From: a virus | Taxonomy: Duplodnaviria; Caudoviricetes | Virus record (IMG/VR): IMGVR_UViG_3300032323_001166 | Location: 1-25,096 of that record | Length of the DNA stretch: 25,096 nt | Reading direction: 5' to 3' (one strand) | Shown: positions 9,901-14,497 of the stretch, piece after piece | Layout of the letters: each line of letters begins with the position of its first letter | How positions within the stretch are numbered: position 1 is the stretch's first letter | Program-made: the position numbers and the translations under genes | Notes under the pieces: model-generated | The model's database searches: none | Seen by the model: only the letters and a program-made list of their open reading frames with translations | Told to the model about the DNA's origin: nothing

Positions 9901-10757
9901 AAGCCAATACTGCGGATGATAGAGGCACAAGTGCAGGACTGTATGCCAATGGTGCATTTGCTTTATCTAATACAAATTCTTTTAATTTAATAGGAGCATC
10001 TAGTTATGCCAATGGTGCTTTCGCCAAGGCTAATACTGTCGCTCTAGATTCTTTCACTGCTGGTAATTACGGAAATACTGCATTCGCTTTTGCCAATACT
10101 GCATTAGATCAGTCTGCGAGTGCTGGTTTTTATGCTAATGGCGCATATGCTAGAGCAAATACTGCTAACACAAATTCTATTACTGCTAACACAAATGCTA
10201 TTAATGCTGGAAATTATGCCAATGCTGCATTCACTTTAGCAAACACATTATCTTCAGGATCGGCCGATCCTTGGGGTAGAATACAAGCTAACTTAGCATA
10301 TACTGCTGCCAATACTGCTGATGTTAAAGCTACAAGCGCTGGTAACTATGCTAATGGTGCCTTTAATCAGGCCAATACTGCTGATGGTAAAGCAGTTAAT
10401 GCTGGTAACTATGCTAATGCTGCCTTCAGTCTTGCAAACACATTATCTTCAGGTTCTACAGATAGCACAGCAAGAAGTATTGCCAACTCGGCAGGATTCT
10501 ACGCTAATGGCGCATTCACCGCTGCAAATAATAGAGTTCTGAAAGCCGGTGATACGATTAGTGGTAATTTAAACATTACTTCAAATATAGTTTCTACAAG
10601 TCCTAATACAGGTTCTTTACGAGTAACTGGTGGTGTTGGTGTTTCTGATAGTCTTTATGTTGGAAATAGAATTGGGTTCTCAAATACTTCTAATGTTAGT
10701 ATGGTTTATCAATACTATAATTCAACAACAAATAGTTTAGATACGGTGTTTGGATAA
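3912..10757 (+). CDS. Giant tail fibre/whisker-like protein (2281 aa): Mtd-N-like anchor, Ala/Asn heptad stalks and repeated beta-domains
   Basis: GTG start 1 nt after the upstream stop. N-terminal IKFS...P..GSL.AGEQAYS...LFIG anchor-like motif; GTYGG...PVFTVDSKGRLT fibre motif; long ANxAFxx/ANTADxx repeats; NRLGIGTQTP motif; C-terminal STSPNTGSLRVTGGVGV motif. Confidence 0.8.
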   Translation: MATSLVIKFSVANSTPTFGSLFAGEQAYSFVSNTLFIGTPDGSVQNTGGYFYTQIIDSRTTQAIPNTLVLRTAQGNIVANNFVGTVTGSLFGTANAARTLANTITMTIAGDANAFITTNGSGNNTYQLTLNTTGVAAGTYGGISNIPVFTVDSKGRLTQVSNVAISIATEAFSISSFNTANNAFDKANAAFEAANAATPQFSQSAYNTANAAFITANTPSHVANSAAVYANGAFTTANNANAGSISAGIYANAAFALANSFGGTTDALARIRANSSFEQANGASQYANSAFNQANIAYSLANSVFAPTLAALETVNLLASNQANISFNTASVGANASGAFDKANAAFAAANTKFNTTGGTITGNMVVAGNLTVSGNITYVNTNELNIGDNIITLNADLPTSTAPTQDSGIEVNRGSSANVAFRWSESARKWQYTTDGTVYDNVASELAGIYANAAFAKANTSISDAAIAAGAAAAAEALVATVDGKLNVLDAKANTIFVQANTPSGTANSAAIYANAAFDKANLADPIRINLAFNAANASFDTANLALSTARNSSNVANAASDAANNVTNAYNQANASFNTANTARSIALAAFGKANTVIDFVMGNLAMNIANAASITANYASDRANYASDVANTLVFPVGQTANIAINLASYASNTSNEAIVRISATENLSYFAANTANLALQTANGKLSSSGGTISGDLRVDGNVTFNGSSATLDVSTLRIRDDQIDLAYNQSGVPTQNVGFRVIRGDEAPVQLRWNESDNQWEFTNDGITFNALGSGIAVAANTANASFITANSATIYANAAFISSNSAAVYANASFITANSAAIYSNAAFEVANSAATYSNSSFAVSNSAAIYANSSFGVANSAAIYSNAAFIASNSAAVYANGAFTAANGKFSSSGGTITGNVIITGDLGLVSNTILLNSDLDSLAIPFEDSGIKVNRGTALNVALLWNETVDSWQLTDDGVNYANIALESADVYSNAAYTIANNAFLQANASFFHANAGFEVANSAGFYANGAFTGANTANTNAINTSRYANSAYAVANSASIYANGAFTAANTADVKGTSAGHYANGAFTTANTALDKATSGSNYANAAFTTANTADDRSISGSNYANGSFTAANTADSKAVNSGHYANAAFTTANTADDRSTSAANYANSSFLAANTADTKATSAGNYSNAAFTSANTADDKGSSAGFYANGAFLAANTADSKAIIAGNYANSSFMVANAGGIIAVSASSYANAAFISANTADAKAVEASNYANGAFTAANTADAKGTSAGNYANASFTKANTADTNASTADGKAINAGNYANAAFTAANAKFSSTGGIITGFADITANLSVNTFIDINTTLPAPSQKEGRLFYDSESKSLAYFNDSTDYVHIAQDSVTRVWNNTASTIARAQCVFISGVSSANGFPSVKLASANNAANSEVIGLTTTSIPAGGYGFVKSSGRLEDLNTATLTEGAELFLSDTPGAFTDTVPSSPSVPLNIGYVAKSDAIQGVILINIHLMEGSNKQDGSILFARDSKIDQDNQQLHWDYANNRLGIGTQTPTANLHVSGDGLFTGNVVISGNLTISNAQSIVTQTLDVGGNLIVLNANTPGSPTANAEIRVHRGTSDNVYIKWDESINEWIMFEDAGYPSGHILHSEKTAHTWDMYAAMATYEKLTHPVGANLSNATNELAKTANTIAYISQDIAISSFLKTNASFIHANLSFDKANSAFSDAANADVKSVNAGNYANAAFSKSNTNASDITTVSYYTNSAFSVANTASSTSISAGNYANAAFALANSGGAGATPFYANAAFAAANTADAKAVEASNYANGAFAAANTADVKGTSAGNYANGSFTAANTADAKAVNAGNYANAAFALANTGGSGATPFYANAAFSKANTADINAIEAGRYANAAFLTANTADDRSISAANYANGSFTSANTADTKAVNAGHYANASFTTANTADAKGTSAGNYANGAFAQSNTATTNASTADGKAVSASNYANGAFTKANTADDRGTSAGLYANGAFALSNTNSFNLIGASSYANGAFAKANTVALDSFTAGNYGNTAFAFANTALDQSASAGFYANGAYARANTANTNSITANTNAINAGNYANAAFTLANTLSSGSADPWGRIQANLAYTAANTADVKATSAGNYANGAFNQANTADGKAVNAGNYANAAFSLANTLSSGSTDSTARSIANSAGFYANGAFTAANNRVLKAGDTISGNLNITSNIVSTSPNTGSLRVTGGVGVSDSLYVGNRIGFSNTSNVSMVYQYYNSTTNSLDTVFG
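6273..6587 (+). repeat. 7.5 tandem coding repeats of 42 nt (14 aa: [AS]N[AS][AS]Fxx-[AS]NSA[AT]xY)
   Basis: ANASFIT-ANSATIY / ANAAFIS-SNSAAVY / ANASFIT-ANSAAIY / SNAAFEV-ANSAATY / SNSSFAV-SNSAAIY / ANSSFGV-ANSAAIY / SNAAFIA-SNSAAVY / ANGAFTA. Confidence 0.9.
7062..7868 (+). repeat. Eleven 63-nt (21-aa) coding repeats plus one 84-nt variant (consensus ANGAFTA-ANTADxK-AxSAGNY)
   Basis: Read directly from the translation. Unit lengths are exact multiples of 7 aa with no break in register up to K-F at 7869. Confidence 0.9.
9054..10532 (+). repeat. Second block of 21/28-aa heptad repeats with Gly/Pro hinges
   Basis: Same ANxAFxx-ANTADxK-xxxAGNY units, interrupted by [ST]GG[AS]GATPFY (twice), LSSGSADPWGR and LSSGSTDS. 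Confidence 0.85.
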
Positions 10758-11671
10758 TGCCAACAACCATTTCTAAATTATTTCCAACAGGAGTATTACA
10801 AACAACTGTTGAACTTGATGAAATGAATATATCGAAAAGTGGTAGCGCACAATTTCTTGCCTCATCAAACAAATACCTTAGTGTGCCTGCAAATTCAGCA
10901 TTTACTTTAGGTACAAACAACCATACTATTGAGTTTTGGATGTATCAGACAAGTCGAGGAGCTTATGATACTCCTTTCTCTTATTTTGGTGGAGCGACTC
11001 AGCAAGCTACGAATAATTATTATTTCAATGCTGGAAGTACTAATTTTGGTGTACTCTTGGGTGGTGCTGGTACTTGGGCAGTTAATATTGGAATATTAGC
11101 ACCTCCTTCACTGAATGAATGGCATCATTATGCACTTGTACGTAGCGGATCAACGTTCACTTTATATGTGGATGGAATAAACAGAGGTTCTGCAACCAGT
11201 TCGGTAGGTATTTCGGCTCAAGGTGCAGGTGGTTCGATGCTCATAGGTGCATATGATAATGCAGGATCAACACCAGTTACCGGATATATTAGTAATTTTA
11301 GATTTGTTAATGGAGTAGCTGTATATACAGGTAATTTTTCTGTTCCTAAATCTGATTTAACGAGAACACAATCAGCTTCAGCAAATATTGCTGCTATTAC
11401 TGGAACAGAAACTAAATTACTATTAAAACATGCCACAAATAATACACTATTAACAGATTCAAGTGTAAATAATTTTACTGTTACAAATAATAATAGTGTT
11501 ACTTGGAGTTCATTTTCACCATCAATAACTAAAATAAGATTTTCTCCTACAGGAATATATGCTGCAGAATTTGATGAAATTAATTTAGATATATCTGTTG
11601 CTGAAAGAAGAAACTCCGATGGAACATATCAAGTCTCTGGTTATTTGGATGAAACTTTTACTGAATTATAA
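10757..11671 (+). CDS. LamG/concanavalin A-like lectin domain virion protein
   Basis: TAATG-coupled to the giant fibre gene. FTLGTNNHTIEFWMY...NEWHHYALVRSGSTFTLYVDG...IGA...GYISNFRFVNGVAVYTGNF is a typical phage LamG-3 domain. Confidence 0.85.
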   Translation: MPTTISKLFPTGVLQTTVELDEMNISKSGSAQFLASSNKYLSVPANSAFTLGTNNHTIEFWMYQTSRGAYDTPFSYFGGATQQATNNYYFNAGSTNFGVLLGGAGTWAVNIGILAPPSLNEWHHYALVRSGSTFTLYVDGINRGSATSSVGISAQGAGGSMLIGAYDNAGSTPVTGYISNFRFVNGVAVYTGNFSVPKSDLTRTQSASANIAAITGTETKLLLKHATNNTLLTDSSVNNFTVTNNNSVTWSSFSPSITKIRFSPTGIYAAEFDEINLDISVAERRNSDGTYQVSGYLDETFTEL

Positions 11672-11675
11672 GTGA

Positions 11676-11683
11676 AATAAATA
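11676..11683 (+). promoter_or_regulatory. T4-type late promoter-like box (AATAAATA)
   Basis: 7/8 match to TATAAATA in the intergenic gap upstream of the ATG at 11712. Confidence 0.6.
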
Positions 11684-11711
11684 GTTAATCATTTAAACGA
11701 AAAGTACAAAA

Positions 11712-14462
11712 ATGGCATTACTTAAAGACGGCACAAGAATTTACGGAACATTATACGCCAACACCGCAGTTGTGACTGGCGGCATTAATGTCGCCCCTCA
11801 AATTGAATCATCATTTTCACAGGCTAATGCTGCCTTCATTGTTGCGAATACTCCAACTCATGTTGCTAACAGTGCATCTAGTTACGCTAATGGCGCTTTT
11901 ACAACTGCTAACACCGCAGATATTAAAGCAACAAGTGCTGGTAACTATGCTAATGGTGCTTTCACTGCTGCAAATACAGCAGATACTAAAGTGACAAGTG
12001 CTGGAAATTATGCTAACAGTGGATTTACTCAGGCTAATACAGCCACAACTAATGCTTCGACCGCTGACGGTAAAGCAGTTAATGCTGGAAACTATGCCAA
12101 TGGTGCTTTCACTGCTGCAAATACAGCAGATACTAAATCTATTAATTCTGGTAATTACGCAAATGGTGCCTTTACTGTTGCTAATACAGCTGATGCAAAA
12201 GCAACAAGTGCTGGTAACTATGCTAATGGTTCCTTTACTGCTGCAAACACCGCAGATGGTAAGGCAGTAAATGCTGGTAACTATGCTAATGCAGCTTATA
12301 CTTTAGCAAATACATTATCTACAGGTTCTGTTGATCCGTGGGGTAGAATACAATCAAACTTAGCATACAATACAGCTAACACTGCTGATGCTAAAGGTAC
12401 CAGTGCAGGTAACTATGCGAACTCAGCATTCTCACTTGCAAATAATAAATTTAATACTTCAGGCGGTACAATCACGGGTGATGTTGCAATTACAGGCAAC
12501 TTCTCTGTCACAGGTTGTACAACAACTTTGACTGTAAGTACATTACAAGTACAAGACAACTTTATAGATTTAAATTATAATGTTGTTGGTGCTCCTTCAT
12601 TAGATGCCGGTATTAGAGTTGTTCGTGGTTCTTCTAATCCTACTTTCTTACATTGGAATGAAACTACAGATAAATGGCAGTTTAGTAATGACGGTTCAAC
12701 TTATGCAAATATGGGTTCTGACTCCGCCGAGAGTTATGCCAACTCAGCATTCTTACGAGCCAATACTCCAAGTCATGTAGCAAACTCAGCCGCAATATAT
12801 GCTAATGCTGCTTTTACTTTAGCAAATACATTATCATCCGGATCAGCAGATCAATTCGCTCGTGATAATTCAAATGCAGCATTTTCTAAGGCCAACACAG
12901 CAGATACTAATGCTTCAACAGCCGATGGTAAGGCAGTTAATGCTGGTAATTACGCAAATGGTGCCTTTACACAGGCTAATACTGCAACCACTAATGCTGC
13001 GACTGCTGATGGTAAAGCAGTAAATGCTGGTAATTATGCTAATGCTGCATTCACCAAAGCCAATACTGCGGATACAAATTCTTCCACTGTTGGCAACTAT
13101 GCTAACGGTGCCTTCACCAAAGCTAATACTGCGGATACCAATGCTGCGACCGCTGATGGTAAAGCCGTCAATGCTGGTAATTATGCTAATGGTGCTTTTA
13201 CTGCTGCTAACACCGCAGATGCAAAAGGCACAAGTGCAGGTTTCTATGCCAATGGATCCTTTACTACCGCTAACACAGCAGACGCTAAAGGTACGAGTGC
13301 TGGTATTTACGCTAATGCTGCTTTTGCAAAAGCCAATAGTGTTACTGGTACTCCTGGTGGTACTGATACTCAAGTTCAATTCAATGATGGCGGAACAACT
13401 TTTGCAGGAAATACCAATCTAACATTTGATAAAACAATAGGTCTTTTAAGTACAAAACAATTAACTGTTACAAATTCCACTGGTGATGAAGGTGGTGAAA
13501 TATTATTAGCTAAACCTGCAACTAATTCTACAATAGCCGGCACTGGAGTAACTGTTGATATCTATCAGAACAAATTAAGAATTTTTGAACAAGGTGGATC
13601 AGCTAGAGGATTCTTTTTAGATATTACTTCTGGTGGTGGCGGTGTTAGTACAGACTTAAACGCTGGTGGTTTTGGTGAAGATGCTTATGCAAGAAGCACA
13701 GCAAACTCAGCTGCATCATATGCTAATGCTGCTTTTGCACAAGCAAATACTGGTGGTGCAGGTACAGATCAGTTTGCTCGTCATAATTCAAACGCTGCTT
13801 TTATTACTGCAAATACAGCCGATGCAAAAGCAACAAGTGCTGGTAATTATGCTAATGCTGCTTTTGCACAAGCCAATACTGGTGGTGCAGGTACAGATAC
13901 TTGGTCTAGAGTACAAGCAAACTTAGCTTACAGTACAGCAAATTCTGCTGCAGCATATGCTAATGCTGCTTTTGCGGTTGCTAATACTGGTGGTGTCGGT
14001 GGTGGTGCAGATGCATTGGCAAGAATACAGGCAAACTTAGCATACAATGCTGCTAACAGTGTTGCAGGTCAAGCTTCAGCTAATACAAATGTAAGAACAT
14101 TCACTGGTGATAACACTACTGTATCATTTGCTGTTACTGCTAACATGAACGCTAATAATATAATCGTGTTCACTAATGGTCTGGCACAAAGACCAGTGAC
14201 AGATTATACTATAGCTGGAAACACCTTAACATTCGTAACTGCACCACAAACTGGTGAATCTATTTCTATTAGAGAATTAACCGCATCTATTGATACGACT
14301 TATGTAGCATCAAATACTTCTAAATGGGCAGGACAAGTACCTGCCACAATTCAAGTTGCTATTGATAGACTTGCAAATTCTGTTTATGAATTAAATGCTA
14401 ACACACCAATTAGTACATCGATAATCGCTACAGCAGCTGCAATGGCAATTGCTTTAGGTTAG
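11712..14462 (+). CDS. Second Ala/Asn heptad-repeat fibre protein (916 aa), sharing modules with 3912-10757
   Basis: Same 21/28-aa repeats and one copy of the same beta-domain (12447-12719). Also contains PGGTDTQVQFNDGG and FTGD...F...NGLAQRP..DY fibre modules, and ends in hydrophobic AAAMAIALG. Confidence 0.8.
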   Translation: MALLKDGTRIYGTLYANTAVVTGGINVAPQIESSFSQANAAFIVANTPTHVANSASSYANGAFTTANTADIKATSAGNYANGAFTAANTADTKVTSAGNYANSGFTQANTATTNASTADGKAVNAGNYANGAFTAANTADTKSINSGNYANGAFTVANTADAKATSAGNYANGSFTAANTADGKAVNAGNYANAAYTLANTLSTGSVDPWGRIQSNLAYNTANTADAKGTSAGNYANSAFSLANNKFNTSGGTITGDVAITGNFSVTGCTTTLTVSTLQVQDNFIDLNYNVVGAPSLDAGIRVVRGSSNPTFLHWNETTDKWQFSNDGSTYANMGSDSAESYANSAFLRANTPSHVANSAAIYANAAFTLANTLSSGSADQFARDNSNAAFSKANTADTNASTADGKAVNAGNYANGAFTQANTATTNAATADGKAVNAGNYANAAFTKANTADTNSSTVGNYANGAFTKANTADTNAATADGKAVNAGNYANGAFTAANTADAKGTSAGFYANGSFTTANTADAKGTSAGIYANAAFAKANSVTGTPGGTDTQVQFNDGGTTFAGNTNLTFDKTIGLLSTKQLTVTNSTGDEGGEILLAKPATNSTIAGTGVTVDIYQNKLRIFEQGGSARGFFLDITSGGGGVSTDLNAGGFGEDAYARSTANSAASYANAAFAQANTGGAGTDQFARHNSNAAFITANTADAKATSAGNYANAAFAQANTGGAGTDTWSRVQANLAYSTANSAAAYANAAFAVANTGGVGGGADALARIQANLAYNAANSVAGQASANTNVRTFTGDNTTVSFAVTANMNANNIIVFTNGLAQRPVTDYTIAGNTLTFVTAPQTGESISIRELTASIDTTYVASNTSKWAGQVPATIQVAIDRLANSVYELNANTPISTSIIATAAAMAIALG
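11823..13340 (+). repeat. Heptad repeat blocks of the second fibre (11823-12446 and about 12738-13340)
   Basis: ANGAFTA-ANTADxK-xxxAGNY units and 28-aa variants containing ANTATTN/ANTADTN-A[SA]TADGK. Confidence 0.85.
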
Positions 14463-14463
14463 A

Positions 14464-14471
14464 GATAAATA
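14464..14471 (+). promoter_or_regulatory. T4-type late promoter-like box (GATAAATA)
   Basis: 7/8 match, intergenic, followed by a GGAGA SD (14484-14488) and the ATG at 14498. Confidence 0.6.
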
Positions 14472-14497
14472 AAAGATAATTTTGGAGAAATAATAGA

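Noticed and set aside
9411-12256. Diversity-generating retroelement TR/VR pair
   Set aside because: There is no reverse transcriptase in the window, both copies are mid-gene and coding, and differences are synonymous rather than adenine-specific.
6273-13340. Possible CRISPR array or non-coding tandem repeat
   Set aside because: Repeats are in-frame, vary mainly at third codon positions and have no unique spacers. They are protein repeats.
7111-13926. Met/Leu-rich + strand ORFs inside the fibre genes (7111, 7648, 9643, 10321, 11788, 11998, 13024, 13666)
   Set aside because: Shadow frames: repeated GCT-AAT-GCT codons read as CTA-ATG-CTG in the next frame. They have no SD or independent signal.
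3912-14462. Bacterial autotransporter adhesin, S-layer or ice-nucleation protein
   Set aside because: No signal peptide or beta-barrel anchor, the periodicity is 7 rather than 8/16, and the context is a phage morphogenesis cluster.
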